A stretch of 64,000 bases of DNA, taken from Elusimicrobiota bacterium. Its GTDB lineage: Bacteria > Elusimicrobiota > Endomicrobiia > Endomicrobiales > JAPLKN01. The position numbers were made by a program, and so were the translations under genes. This document shows, in pieces, positions 46,376-55,954 of the stretch. Every line of letters starts with the position of its first letter. Positions within the stretch are counted from its first letter, which is position 1. The DNA lies in the NCBI GenBank assembly GCA_042562855.1, contig JBHPNE010000003.1, forward strand, positions 6,366 to 70,365, given 5' to 3'. Below the pieces are notes generated by a model. The model did no database searches and had not been told where the DNA came from. It saw nothing but the letters and a program-made list of their open reading frames with translations.

Positions 46376-48103
46376 ATGATTAAAACAGGTTCTGAAATAT
46401 TTATTGATTGTCTGTTAAAAGAAAACGTTGAATATATTTTTGGTATACCGGGAGGAGTTCTAATCCCTATATTTGATAAACTTTATGGCTCAAAATTAAA
46501 ATTTATTTTAACCAGACATGAGCAGGGAGCAACTCATATGGCGGATGGTTATGCGCGGTCAACCGGCAAGGTTGGCGTTTGTTTAGCGACGTCAGGCCCC
46601 GGCGCTACTAATACCGTTACCGGTCTTGCAACGGCTCATATGGATTCTGTTCCTATGGTTTGTTTTACCGGGCAGGTTACAACAAGTTCAATTGGAAATG
46701 ATGCTTTTCAGGAAGCAGATATAACAGGCATTACAAGGCCCGTAACAAAACATAATTTTTTAGTTAAGGATATAAAAGATTTGGCAATAACCATCAGAGA
46801 AGCTTTTCATATTGCATCTACGGGAAGGCCGGGTCCGGTTCTTGTTGATATACCCGTTGATGTCCAGAAAGCCAGCATGGAATACGTTTGGCCCGAAAAA
46901 GTAGATATACCTTCATATAAACCGACGTATAAAGGGCATCCTGGCCAGATAAAGAAAGCTGCACTTGCAATAAATTCAAGCAAACAGCCTGTTTTGTATA
47001 TTGGCGGAGGAATTATTTCAAGCGGTGCAGAGTCTGAGGTGCTTGAACTTGCAAAAAAGTGCGAAATACCCGTAACATCAACTTTATTAGGGCTTGGTGC
47101 TTTCCCGGTAGATTCACCTCTTTATATGGGAATGCTCGGTATGCACGGTCTTTATCAGGCAAACATGGCTATGCAAAAAGCCGATCTTATTATTTCCGTC
47201 GGTGCACGGTTTGACGATAGGTGTACGGGAAAGGTTGATGCTTTTGCTCCGAATGCAAAAATAATCCATGTTGATATTGATCCGACATCTATATCAAAAA
47301 GTATTAGAGTGGATATCCCCGTTGTGGGGGATGCAAAAAAAATATTGGTCGAGCTAATAAAAAATACAAAAACGAATACACACAAAGATTGGATGAAAAA
47401 TATTAATAAATGGGCCAAAGACAACCCTCTTCTTTACAAAAACGATAATAGCTTGAGGCCGCAATATGTAATCGAACAGATTTCTGAAATTACGAAAGGC
47501 GAAGCTATAGCTGTAACGGAAGTAGGACAGCATCAGATGTGGTCTGCTCAATATTACAAGCCGAAAAGTTCGCGTCACTTTTTAAGTTCCGGCGGACTCG
47601 GCACGATGGGTTATGGTTTTCCTGCGGGGATAGGCGCGAAGGTTGCAAATCCTGACAAAGAGGTAATCGTAATTGCAGGTGACGGATCATTTCAGATGAA
47701 TATACAGGAATTGGCAACTGCTGTTATGAACAAGATAAACGTAAAAGTTGCGATCCTAAACAATAAATACCTGGGCATGGTAAGGCAGTGGCAGGAAATG
47801 TTTTACGATAAAAGATATTCCGGTACATGTTTAGGTAGAGACAACAAATGCCCTGAAATATGTAATACACCGGGACAGAAAGGATGCCCGGAATACAGCC
47901 CTGATTTTGTGAAAGTTGCCGAGGCCTACGGAGCGGTTGGCATTAGGGTAACGGATAAAAAAGATGTGGCAGCCACCTTGAAAAAAGCGTTTGCTACAAA
48001 TAAACCGGTGGTCATGGAATTTATGGTTGAACAAGAAGAAAATGTTTTGCCTATGGTTCCTGCCGGTGCCCCTTTAGACGACATTATAACAAGGCTTGCA
48101 TAA
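46376..48103 (+). CDS. ilvB: acetolactate synthase large subunit
   Basis: ATG 6 nt after GGAG (ORF-track GTG at 46370 is possible). TPP-enzyme motifs GIPGGVLIPIFD and GGLGTMGYGFPAGIGAK...GDGSFQMNIQEL. Confidence 0.95.
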   Translation: MIKTGSEIFIDCLLKENVEYIFGIPGGVLIPIFDKLYGSKLKFILTRHEQGATHMADGYARSTGKVGVCLATSGPGATNTVTGLATAHMDSVPMVCFTGQVTTSSIGNDAFQEADITGITRPVTKHNFLVKDIKDLAITIREAFHIASTGRPGPVLVDIPVDVQKASMEYVWPEKVDIPSYKPTYKGHPGQIKKAALAINSSKQPVLYIGGGIISSGAESEVLELAKKCEIPVTSTLLGLGAFPVDSPLYMGMLGMHGLYQANMAMQKADLIISVGARFDDRCTGKVDAFAPNAKIIHVDIDPTSISKSIRVDIPVVGDAKKILVELIKNTKTNTHKDWMKNINKWAKDNPLLYKNDNSLRPQYVIEQISEITKGEAIAVTEVGQHQMWSAQYYKPKSSRHFLSSGGLGTMGYGFPAGIGAKVANPDKEVIVIAGDGSFQMNIQELATAVMNKINVKVAILNNKYLGMVRQWQEMFYDKRYSGTCLGRDNKCPEICNTPGQKGCPEYSPDFVKVAEAYGAVGIRVTDKKDVAATLKKAFATNKPVVMEFMVEQEENVLPMVPAGAPLDDIITRLA

Positions 48104-48129
48104 GCTCACAGAGGTTGGAGGGTAATTAA

Positions 48130-48609
48130 ATGCGACATATAATATCAGCTTTAGTTGAGAATAAATTCGGTGTTTTAGCCCGAATATCTACACTTTTTGC
48201 TGCAAGAGGTTTCAATATAGACTCTTTGGCTGTTGGCGAAACTGAAAATCCCGATGTTTCCCGCATGACTATCGTTGTCAAAGGAGACGACAGAACCATT
48301 GAACAGGTTGAAAAACAGCTTAATAAACTGATCGATGTTATACGCGTTAATGATATTACTAAAAATCCTCATATTGAGCGTGATTTGGCATTGATAAAAG
48401 TTTCGTGCGATAAAAATAGCCGTTCGGAAATTATGCAGATTGCAGATATTTTCCGTTCAAAGATAATAGATGTAGCGGAAGATGCCGTAATAGTGGAAAT
48501 GACTGGAGATGAGGAAAAGGTTGAAGCAATTATTAAAATGCTCGAACCATTTAATATTAGAGAAGTATGCAGAACAGGCGTCATAGCTATGGCGCGCGGG
48601 GAAAAATAA
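48130..48609 (+). CDS. ilvN: acetolactate synthase small (regulatory) subunit
   Basis: 159 aa. MRHIISALVENKFGVLARISTLFAARGFNIDSLAVGETE (ACT domain). Confidence 0.95.
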   Translation: MRHIISALVENKFGVLARISTLFAARGFNIDSLAVGETENPDVSRMTIVVKGDDRTIEQVEKQLNKLIDVIRVNDITKNPHIERDLALIKVSCDKNSRSEIMQIADIFRSKIIDVAEDAVIVEMTGDEEKVEAIIKMLEPFNIREVCRTGVIAMARGEK

Positions 48610-48635
48610 ACAAATAAGAAACGGAGGTAGTACTG

Positions 48636-49646
48636 ATGAGTAATGAAAAACAAGCAAAAATGTATTATGACAAGGACGCAGATTTAAACGTATTGAAAGG
48701 TAAAAAAATTGCGGTTATTGGATACGGGAGCCAGGGGCATGCTCAAGCTTTGAATTTAAAAGATTCAGGGATTGATGTTATAGTATCAGAAATTGAAGGA
48801 ACTGATAATTACAAAAAATGCCTTGCTGACGGATGGAAGCCTCTAAAAGCAAATGATGCCGCAAAAGAAGCTGATTGGGTTCATATTTTAATCCCGGATG
48901 AGTTTCAGGCAAAACTTTGGGAAACGGACATAAAACCTAATATCAAGAAAGGCGCGGTTTTAAGTTTTTCTCATGGGTTTAATATACGTTTTAAAAGAAT
49001 TGTAGCACCGAAAGATATTAACGTTGTTATGATAGCTCCAAAGGGACCGGGCCATTTAGTTCGCCGCCAATTCACCGAGGGCAAAGGCGTTCCTTGTCTT
49101 TTTGCAGTTGAGCAGGATGCAACTGGTAATGCTAGAGATCTAGCTTTGGCTTTTTCAAAAGGAGTTGGCGGTACCAGGGGCGGATCTCTTGAAACAACAT
49201 TTGCCGAAGAAACTGAAACAGATCTTTTTGGAGAGCAGGCAGTGCTTTGCGGGGGAGTTGTTGAATTAATGAAAGCTGGTTTTGATACGCTCGTTGAGGC
49301 GGGCTATCAGCCGGAAATAGCATATTTTGAGTGTTTGCACGAGATGAAACTGATTATTGATCTTATTTGGGAAGGCGGAATAGGAAAAATGAATTATTCG
49401 ATTTCAAATACTGCTGAATATGGCGAATATATGGTCGGGAAAAGAATTATTACCGATGGAACAAGAAAAGAAATGAAAAAGGTTCTTGAAGAAGTTCGTT
49501 CCGGTAAATTTGCTAAACAATGGATTGAGGAAAACGAAGCCGGCAGGCCGACATTTAACAAGGCAAGAAAAGAAACAGAAGAACTTGTGGTTGAAAAAGT
49601 TGGAGCAAAGCTTCGTTCAATGATGTCTTGGACAAAGGGGAAGTAG
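48636..49646 (+). CDS. ilvC: ketol-acid reductoisomerase (class I)
   Basis: 336 aa. [26 protein letters not shown] and FSHGFNI. Confidence 0.97.
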   Translation: MSNEKQAKMYYDKDADLNVLKGKKIAVIGYGSQGHAQALNLKDSGIDVIVSEIEGTDNYKKCLADGWKPLKANDAAKEADWVHILIPDEFQAKLWETDIKPNIKKGAVLSFSHGFNIRFKRIVAPKDINVVMIAPKGPGHLVRRQFTEGKGVPCLFAVEQDATGNARDLALAFSKGVGGTRGGSLETTFAEETETDLFGEQAVLCGGVVELMKAGFDTLVEAGYQPEIAYFECLHEMKLIIDLIWEGGIGKMNYSISNTAEYGEYMVGKRIITDGTRKEMKKVLEEVRSGKFAKQWIEENEAGRPTFNKARKETEELVVEKVGAKLRSMMSWTKGK

Positions 49647-49651
49647 AACTT

Positions 49652-50425
49652 ATGAATATGAACCTAAACATAAACATGACCAAGAAAAAAGCGAGAATAA
49701 TTTTTGCAGTGGTTGTCCTGGCTATTTTTTCTTACCTACTTTTTATTTGGACTATGGCTGCGATTGTCAGATCAAAAAATGAGGTAATAGTACCGGATAT
49801 AAAAGGAAAATCAGTTTATGAAGCTCTGTCTTTAGTTTCAGAACAGAACATGGGCTTGAAAAAACATGGCGAGGAGTTTGACGACAGTCTCCCTGCGGGA
49901 GTCGTTATTAAGCAGAGCCCCCCTTCAGGGCTGAAGGTAAAGGAAGGAAAAATCGTAAAAGTTGTCATTAGCCAGGGCGGAGAATCAGTTTTTGTGCCGG
50001 ACCTAATTGAACAGGAAGGAAGGGCATCTTCCATTCTTATACGTTCTTCGGGCCTTATCCTCGGCGAGGAAAACTCAAAGTATTCAGTTGTGTATAAAAA
50101 AGGCACCATTATTTCTCAGGACCCTCCTCCGGGAACAATTGTTGACAGGGATTCGATGGTGAATATTTTAGTATCTGCCGGAAAACCCCCGTCTAATATT
50201 AAGCTTATGCCGAAATGGGTAGGTAAAAACATAGCCCAAGTCAGCGTATGGGCTGATGACAATAATTTTGAATTACTTGTAAAAAAAGAAAATATTTCGG
50301 ATGCGGTAATGGGCGAAGTCTTAAGCCAAGACCCTGAACCGGATTCTAATTTGAAGAATAGAAAAATAATCAAAGTTATAATTTCGGGGATCGAGGAAGA
50401 TGTCAATACCGGACAAAAAATCTAA
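49652..50425 (+). CDS. membrane-anchored stand-alone PASTA-repeat protein
   Basis: One N-terminal TM, then three PASTA-like units (VPDIKGKS..., VPDLIEQE..., MPKWVGKN...). No kinase or transpeptidase domain. The ATG at 49652 is preferred over the ORF-track TTG at 49628. Confidence 0.75.
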   Translation: MNMNLNINMTKKKARIIFAVVVLAIFSYLLFIWTMAAIVRSKNEVIVPDIKGKSVYEALSLVSEQNMGLKKHGEEFDDSLPAGVVIKQSPPSGLKVKEGKIVKVVISQGGESVFVPDLIEQEGRASSILIRSSGLILGEENSKYSVVYKKGTIISQDPPPGTIVDRDSMVNILVSAGKPPSNIKLMPKWVGKNIAQVSVWADDNNFELLVKKENISDAVMGEVLSQDPEPDSNLKNRKIIKVIISGIEEDVNTGQKI

Positions 50426-51077
50426 AATTCTAATAGCTCCGTCTATTCTATCGGCAGATTTTTCTAATCTCTCAAGAGATATTGGTTTGGTAGAAAAAAA
50501 CGGCGCAGATTTGCTCCACATAGACGTAATGGACGGGCATTTTGTGCCGAACATTACTATTGGGCCGGTCGTGGTTAAGGATTTAAGGAAGATCTCTAAG
50601 TTATTTTTCGATGTTCATCTAATGATTCAGCGGCCCGATTTATACTGGCAGGAATTTAAAAATGCGGACGCAGGTTCGATAACATTTCATAGCGAAGTGA
50701 AGCTTAATAAATTAAACTTAATCAAAAAGATTAAAAAAGCGGGTTTAAAAGTAGGAGTTTCGATAAAGCCAAAAACGCCCGTTTCTCATATTGTTAAGCT
50801 TCTGCCTTATCTGGACTTAGTTTTAATAATGACGGTGGAGCCGGGTTTTGGCGGCCAGTCATTTATTTCTGCTACATTACCGAAGATAAAGAAAATAAAA
50901 AGTATTGTCGAAAACAATTTTTATAGTTGCGATATAGAAGTTGACGGCGGTATCAATAATAAGACTGCGGTTGAAGCCGTTAAAGCAGGTGCAAATATAC
51001 TTGTTGCCGGGAATACGATATTTAAAGCAGAAAATCCTGTAAAAGCGTTGAAAGATCTTAAAAAAGCTGTAAACTAA
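50400..51077 (+). CDS. rpe: ribulose-phosphate 3-epimerase
   Basis: 225 aa. IAPSILSADFSNL, LHIDVMDGHFVPNIT, MTVEPGFGGQSF and VDGGIN. Confidence 0.96.
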   Translation: MSIPDKKSKILIAPSILSADFSNLSRDIGLVEKNGADLLHIDVMDGHFVPNITIGPVVVKDLRKISKLFFDVHLMIQRPDLYWQEFKNADAGSITFHSEVKLNKLNLIKKIKKAGLKVGVSIKPKTPVSHIVKLLPYLDLVLIMTVEPGFGGQSFISATLPKIKKIKSIVENNFYSCDIEVDGGINNKTAVEAVKAGANILVAGNTIFKAENPVKALKDLKKAVN

Positions 51078-51083
51078 TATTTA

Positions 51084-51135
51084 AAAGAGCGGTTAAGACT
51101 TATTTTGATAATGCTTAATCGCTCTTTTTTCTATT
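51084..51135 (+). terminator. candidate intrinsic terminator after rpe
   Basis: AAAGAGCGGTTAAG (51084-97) pairs with CTTAATCGCTCTTT (51114-27), with one G-U pair. Followed by TTTCTATTTTT. Overlaps the 3' end of the convergent gene. Confidence 0.5.
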
Positions 51136-52086
51136 TTTGATAACTATATGGATGATTTCATTACTTGAAAAAAGCCTCATTGGCGGGCCCCAAAAGCCCG
51201 TACCCGAAGTAAGATATAAATAGGAATTGTTTTTCTTATAAAGACCGTAATTATATTTGAAAAACATTTTCAGAATTAAATCGGCTGGAGGGATCTGGCC
51301 TGCATGAGTATGCCCTGAAAGAACCAGATCTGCCCCATGTTGAGAAGCATCATCAAATATTTCAGGCCTGTGTGAAAGCAAGATATTAAACATATTCGGT
51401 TTGATAAGAGTTCTGTATTTATTTAATTCTACCGAAGTTTCAAACCTCTGAATTTCTGAGTCGTTAATTCCAATTATGTTTATTCTATCGTTAAGAGTTA
51501 CAAATTCATCAAGCAGTACAGCTATATTACAGTCCTTTGAGAATTTTATAAAATTATTAATCCCTACGTAATATTCATGATTACCGGTAACGGCATATAC
51601 CCCGTATTTCGATTTCAAACCTTTTAAAATGTTTGCAAATGAATCTGTTTTTGTAAGATTTGCATCTAAGACGTCCCCTGTAATTACAATAACGTCGGGA
51701 CTAAGATCATTGACTCTTTCTATTGTTTTTCTCAAACGCTTTGAAGATTTTGAATAATTGAGATGTAAATCTGAAAATTGTACGATGGAAAAACTACCCA
51801 CAAGTTTGTCGGATTCTAAAACTATTCGTTTTAAAGAAACTTTATGGTATTGATTAAAGAGTGAGTACGACGATAATAATAAAATTAACAAAGAGGAAAC
51901 TACAAAGGAATAATACCTAAACTTATAAGACCTGAAAAAAAGTACTAACAATGACCTAGCCAGAAATATTGTTACTGATATTGAAATAAGCCCTATCCAG
52001 AAGCCCCCAATAATTGCCAATATGTCAAAAAATGAACTATGGGGAATTCTGTCTAAGAATTCGCTTAAAGGAAATAAGAGAGCCAA
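51115..52086 (-). CDS. membrane-anchored calcineurin-like metallophosphoesterase
   Basis: 323 aa with N-terminal TM segments, then QFSDLHL, ITGDVLD, GNHEY, SHRP and SGHTHAG motifs. TTG start and no in-frame upstream ATG, so the start is uncertain. Confidence 0.85.
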   Translation of the reverse strand: MALLFPLSEFLDRIPHSSFFDILAIIGGFWIGLISISVTIFLARSLLVLFFRSYKFRYYSFVVSSLLILLLSSYSLFNQYHKVSLKRIVLESDKLVGSFSIVQFSDLHLNYSKSSKRLRKTIERVNDLSPDVIVITGDVLDANLTKTDSFANILKGLKSKYGVYAVTGNHEYYVGINNFIKFSKDCNIAVLLDEFVTLNDRINIIGINDSEIQRFETSVELNKYRTLIKPNMFNILLSHRPEIFDDASQHGADLVLSGHTHAGQIPPADLILKMFFKYNYGLYKKNNSYLYLTSGTGFWGPPMRLFSSNEIIHIVIKNRKKSD

Positions 52087-52222
52087 TAATAAAAAGACAG
52101 TTCTAAATATTGCACGCTGTTTTTGCTTAAGTCGATATTTTTAGTAATTACCTTATAAACATAAAAATGTATTAAAAAATATATTGATAAAACTATAGGT
52201 AAAAAGATAAACATAAAATGCA

Positions 52223-53410
52223 TTACTTTAAAAACCTCTTAGCGCAGCATGCGAGCATTAATATTAGTGCAAATACGCCGCCCGTAGTAATTGCGGTTTG
52301 TGCATCAGTTTTGTCGGATAAGAAACCCGCGATTAAACTTCCGATAGGGACAAATCCCATAAATGACATTACAAAAAAACTCATCACCCTACCTCTCATG
52401 GCGTTACTGGTTTCAAGCTGAATGAAAGTGTTTGAGAAGCCAATGTGCAGAAATCCGAGATATCCTAAAGCAACGAGAATAATTATTGCGATAAAAAAGT
52501 TTTTGATCAAAGCAAATATAATTACTAAAACGGCAAAGGAAACCGCTGAGCCGAATATTATTTTTTTAATTCCGGATGTGTCTTTTTTTGATACCATGGT
52601 TATGGCTCCAAACAATGCCCCAGCACCCATGGCGCCCATAAAAATACCAAGGCCCGATGCATCCATCAGATAAATATCTTTTACTATTACAGGCATCAGG
52701 ATAATCGGAAAGCCGGTCAGAAACCCGCTTATCGTCAATAATATCAGAGCAACAGAAATATTCGGATGAGTTTTTGTATAAGATATACCGGACAAAATCT
52801 TCTTAAAAAAAGATTCTTTTACATATTCAACACTCTTCCATAGCGGCTTAATCAAAATAATGGCAAATAGTACCGCAATAAAGCTTATGCCGTTTATAAG
52901 AAAGCAAAAACCTTCGCCATAAACAGAAATCAGTATGCCTGCAATTGCAGGGCCTATCATTCTTCCGGTGTTTAAAACTAGCGAATTCAACCCTATAGCG
53001 TTCATTAGGTCTTTTTTTTCTACCATATCTGCAACCAAGGACTGCCTGGCCGGCATATCTAAAGCGTTGATTATTCCCATAAATGCCGTAAGGCTTAAAA
53101 TATGCCAAACCTCAATATAATTCATAATAGTTAAGTACGCAAGAATTAATGCCTGTATCATTAAAAGAGCTTGAGTGAGTATTATTAGTTTTCTACGGTC
53201 AAAATGGTCGGCTATAGCACCGGCAACTGGTGAGAGAAACAAAATGAATATTTGGCTTAAAAAACCTACCATGCCAAGCAATATCGAAGACCCCGACACC
53301 CTGTAAATAAGCCACGGAAGGGTGGTCATCTGAATGAATGTGCCTGTATAGGATATTGTTTGTCCTATAAAAAACAATCTAAAATTGCTGTTTTTTAGTG
53401 ATCTTAGCAT
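52223..53410 (-). CDS. MFS transporter
   Basis: 395 aa with ~12 TM segments. N-terminal LKNSNFRLFFIGQTISYTGTF and GAIADHFDRRKL loop motif. Confidence 0.88.
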   Translation of the reverse strand: MLRSLKNSNFRLFFIGQTISYTGTFIQMTTLPWLIYRVSGSSILLGMVGFLSQIFILFLSPVAGAIADHFDRRKLIILTQALLMIQALILAYLTIMNYIEVWHILSLTAFMGIINALDMPARQSLVADMVEKKDLMNAIGLNSLVLNTGRMIGPAIAGILISVYGEGFCFLINGISFIAVLFAIILIKPLWKSVEYVKESFFKKILSGISYTKTHPNISVALILLTISGFLTGFPIILMPVIVKDIYLMDASGLGIFMGAMGAGALFGAITMVSKKDTSGIKKIIFGSAVSFAVLVIIFALIKNFFIAIIILVALGYLGFLHIGFSNTFIQLETSNAMRGRVMSFFVMSFMGFVPIGSLIAGFLSDKTDAQTAITTGGVFALILMLACCAKRFLK

Positions 53411-53550
53411 TATGTTTCCTTTATATTTATCCTACAGTTTTTACTACATTTGTTGCAAAATTACAAGCTTTGCAGAAAACAATACTCAAAAAACCATTGA
53501 ATTTAGCGAGAATTTATTATAAAATCAATGGGCTTAAGGTGTATACTACT

Positions 53551-53910
53551 ATGATCCAGCTAAAGAAAATATTACTGGTAGAAAACGAACCCGATACAAT
53601 AAAGATCACTGCTTTTAGATTGGCCCGAGCCGGTTATGAGGTAGTAATTGCCGAAAACGGTCTTATTGCGTTAGAAAAATTGCGGACAGCAAAGCCCGAT
53701 ATCGTTATATTAGATATGGATCTGCCTGTAGTAAACGGTTATGAGGTATGCAAAAAGATAAAGGCTGACGAGAATTTGAAATCTATCCCAGTGGTGGCCC
53801 TTGTTTCAAACGGAAATAAAATGCTAGAAGATTTAAGTATCGAGCATTATCTTTCTAAACCTTATGAACAGGACACACTCATAAATAAAATAAACAGCAC
53901 CATAAAATAA
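53551..53910 (+). CDS. single-domain response regulator (receiver only)
   Basis: MIQLKKILLVENEPD...DIVILDMDLPVVNGYEVCKKIK...PVVALVS...YLSKP. The ORF-track 53398 extension overlaps the MFS gene start and is rejected. Confidence 0.88.
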   Translation: MIQLKKILLVENEPDTIKITAFRLARAGYEVVIAENGLIALEKLRTAKPDIVILDMDLPVVNGYEVCKKIKADENLKSIPVVALVSNGNKMLEDLSIEHYLSKPYEQDTLINKINSTIK

Positions 53911-53911
53911 A

Positions 53912-55180
53912 ATGAGAACAAAAAGTAAAATTTCTTTTCTTGTAATCATCCTTATTCTTCTTTCATCTGCGGGTGCTTACGGGCTATATTATTTAAGCGG
54001 GCAATATGCGGCAATTTATTCCTTTGATTTCGAGACTAAGAAAAAAGAAAAACTAAACAAAATAATAGATGCTCAGTCTAAGCCAATTCATAAACTTGTA
54101 TCCAGTTATTCTCGCTGGAGTGAATTGGCAAGATTTATAAAAGACAAAAATTACAAATGGGCAAAAAATAATCTCACCATTTCTTTAAAAGCACTTGATT
54201 TGGATACTATATCCGTATATGATTCCTCCTATAATTTGGTTTATTTCTACTCGGTGCCGGGTAAAAATATGCTGAAAAATAGTCCTCTGCCTAAGAAAGA
54301 CCTTAAAAGCATATTTAACGACGGGAAAAAGCATTTTTATACAAAAAATAAAAATTTTGTTTTGGAAATTTATACAAATCAAATATACGGAAAATGGTAT
54401 GTTTCCGGGAAGTCAAAAGCTAAGGGCTATATCGCAGTTTCTAAAGTCGTGGATAAGTCTTACACCAATAATTTGTCCGGCTTGATGGATGCAGATGTAA
54501 AAATTAATCCGGCTTTAAAACTTTCAGATACTTCGGAAGACAATAAAATTGTCATAAGAAAAGAAATGAAATACTGGGACAAACGGACAGTGTCTTTTCT
54601 GGACATGGTATTTTCTGAACCATTATTGGCAAAAGCTTTAAGAAACAGCGATAGGATCCTAATGTTCGGTCTTGGGCTGGTGTTGCTTGCAATATTGTTT
54701 TTCAGCAGAGCTTTTACGAGATTTATGTTTTTACCGTTATCAAAAATACTTTATGGAATTAGAGAAAAATCTGACGAAAAGATAATTAAGTTAAAAAAAT
54801 CAAAATCAGAATTTGGAGAAATAGCAAATTTTGTGAGCTCAAAAATCGTAAAAGAAAGTCCAGCTGATACCAAAAGTGCTGTTCCTGTAAGTTCTAAAGC
54901 GTTTGTCGGCGAGAAAGAAAAAAATAATACACAAGAGCTCAATCAGCTTAAAGCTCAGGTTTCTAAAATAACTTCTCTTGAAGTAAGGACTTATTTGAGT
55001 TCGGTAAGAGAAGCGTTAAAAATATTGCTGGATGAAATGGCAGGTGAGATAAATGATGATCAGAAGGAATTTGTACTTTTAGCAAAAAGAAATGCTGATA
55101 AGCTGAATGTATTATTAAATGAAACAACAGATTCAAAGGTGATCAGCCCAGAAAATAATGAGCCAGATAAAATTACTTAA
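53912..55180 (+). CDS. membrane sensor with a CHASE4-like extracytoplasmic domain and a degenerate HisKA-like helix, no ATPase domain
   Basis: 422 aa with two TM segments. The periplasmic part (SRWSELARFIKDKNYKWAKNNL...LDLDTISVYDSSYNLVYF) looks CHASE4-like. C-terminal SLEVRTYLSSVREALKILLDEMAGEINDDQKEFVLLAKRNADKLNVLLNE resembles HisKA but has no His at the phospho-acceptor position. Confidence 0.55.
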   Translation: MRTKSKISFLVIILILLSSAGAYGLYYLSGQYAAIYSFDFETKKKEKLNKIIDAQSKPIHKLVSSYSRWSELARFIKDKNYKWAKNNLTISLKALDLDTISVYDSSYNLVYFYSVPGKNMLKNSPLPKKDLKSIFNDGKKHFYTKNKNFVLEIYTNQIYGKWYVSGKSKAKGYIAVSKVVDKSYTNNLSGLMDADVKINPALKLSDTSEDNKIVIRKEMKYWDKRTVSFLDMVFSEPLLAKALRNSDRILMFGLGLVLLAILFFSRAFTRFMFLPLSKILYGIREKSDEKIIKLKKSKSEFGEIANFVSSKIVKESPADTKSAVPVSSKAFVGEKEKNNTQELNQLKAQVSKITSLEVRTYLSSVREALKILLDEMAGEINDDQKEFVLLAKRNADKLNVLLNETTDSKVISPENNEPDKIT

Positions 55181-55198
55181 ATATGGTATAATTTAGTT

Positions 55199-55927
55199 AT
55201 GTTAAGAGTAATAGAAGATATTAAAACAATTTTTAAAAGGGATCCTGCGGCAAGATCTTTCCTTGAGGTTATTACTTGCTATCCGGGACTACACGCTGTT
55301 TGGATGTACAGAATAGCTCATGTGTTCTGGAAAATAAGATTGCGCTTGTTTGCAAGATTAATATCTCATGTGGGGAGATTTCTTACGGGCGTGGAAATCC
55401 ACCCCGGCGCAAAAATTGGAAGAAGATTTTTCATAGATCATGGTATGGGCATAGTTATAGGCGAAACAACAGAAATAGGAGACGATGTCCTGATTTACAA
55501 GGGTGTCGTTTTAGGCGGGACTTCATTGGAGAAGAAAAAAAGGCATCCCACACTGGGTAATAATGTGGTAGTGGGTACCGGTGCAATAGTTTTAGGCGCG
55601 ATAACTTTGGGGAATAATTCCAGGATAGGCGCCGGCTCGGTTGTTTTCCATGATGTGCCCGAAAACGCTACTGCTGTGGGTGTCCCGGCAAGAGTAGGTG
55701 TTGGTTTTACGTCTTCGGAACTGGAAGCATTGGAGCACGCCAAGCTGCCCGATCCTATAGCGGATGCAATAAGATTTGTCATGAAAGAACAGGAAGAGCT
55801 TGAAAAAAGAATTAAAAATGTTGAGCAGAAAGAGGGATTGAAGTCTGAAATAAACAAATACTTGGAAGAAAAAAAGGAAGAGATCAAAAAAGAGTTTGAA
55901 GACTGGTCAAAGGAAATAAAAAAGTAA
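55199..55927 (+). CDS. cysE: serine O-acetyltransferase with a Lys/Glu-rich C-terminal tail
   Basis: 242 aa. [54 protein letters not shown] and hexapeptide repeats. Confidence 0.93.
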   Translation: MLRVIEDIKTIFKRDPAARSFLEVITCYPGLHAVWMYRIAHVFWKIRLRLFARLISHVGRFLTGVEIHPGAKIGRRFFIDHGMGIVIGETTEIGDDVLIYKGVVLGGTSLEKKKRHPTLGNNVVVGTGAIVLGAITLGNNSRIGAGSVVFHDVPENATAVGVPARVGVGFTSSELEALEHAKLPDPIADAIRFVMKEQEELEKRIKNVEQKEGLKSEINKYLEEKKEEIKKEFEDWSKEIKK

Positions 55928-55954
55928 CCCGCCTATAGAACATGTAAAAAAAGC

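Noticed and set aside
52218-53120. Plus-strand ORFs 52218-52421, 52422-52673 and 52935-53120, and minus-strand alternative-frame ORF 52848-53108.
   Set aside because: All lie inside the 12-TM MFS transporter gene, antisense or out of frame, and show hydrophobic mirror-frame composition typical of shadow ORFs.
55276-55560. 94-aa alternative-frame ORF inside cysE.
   Set aside because: The cysE frame has unmistakable hexapeptide-repeat acetyltransferase motifs. The alternative frame is Arg-rich out-of-frame noise.
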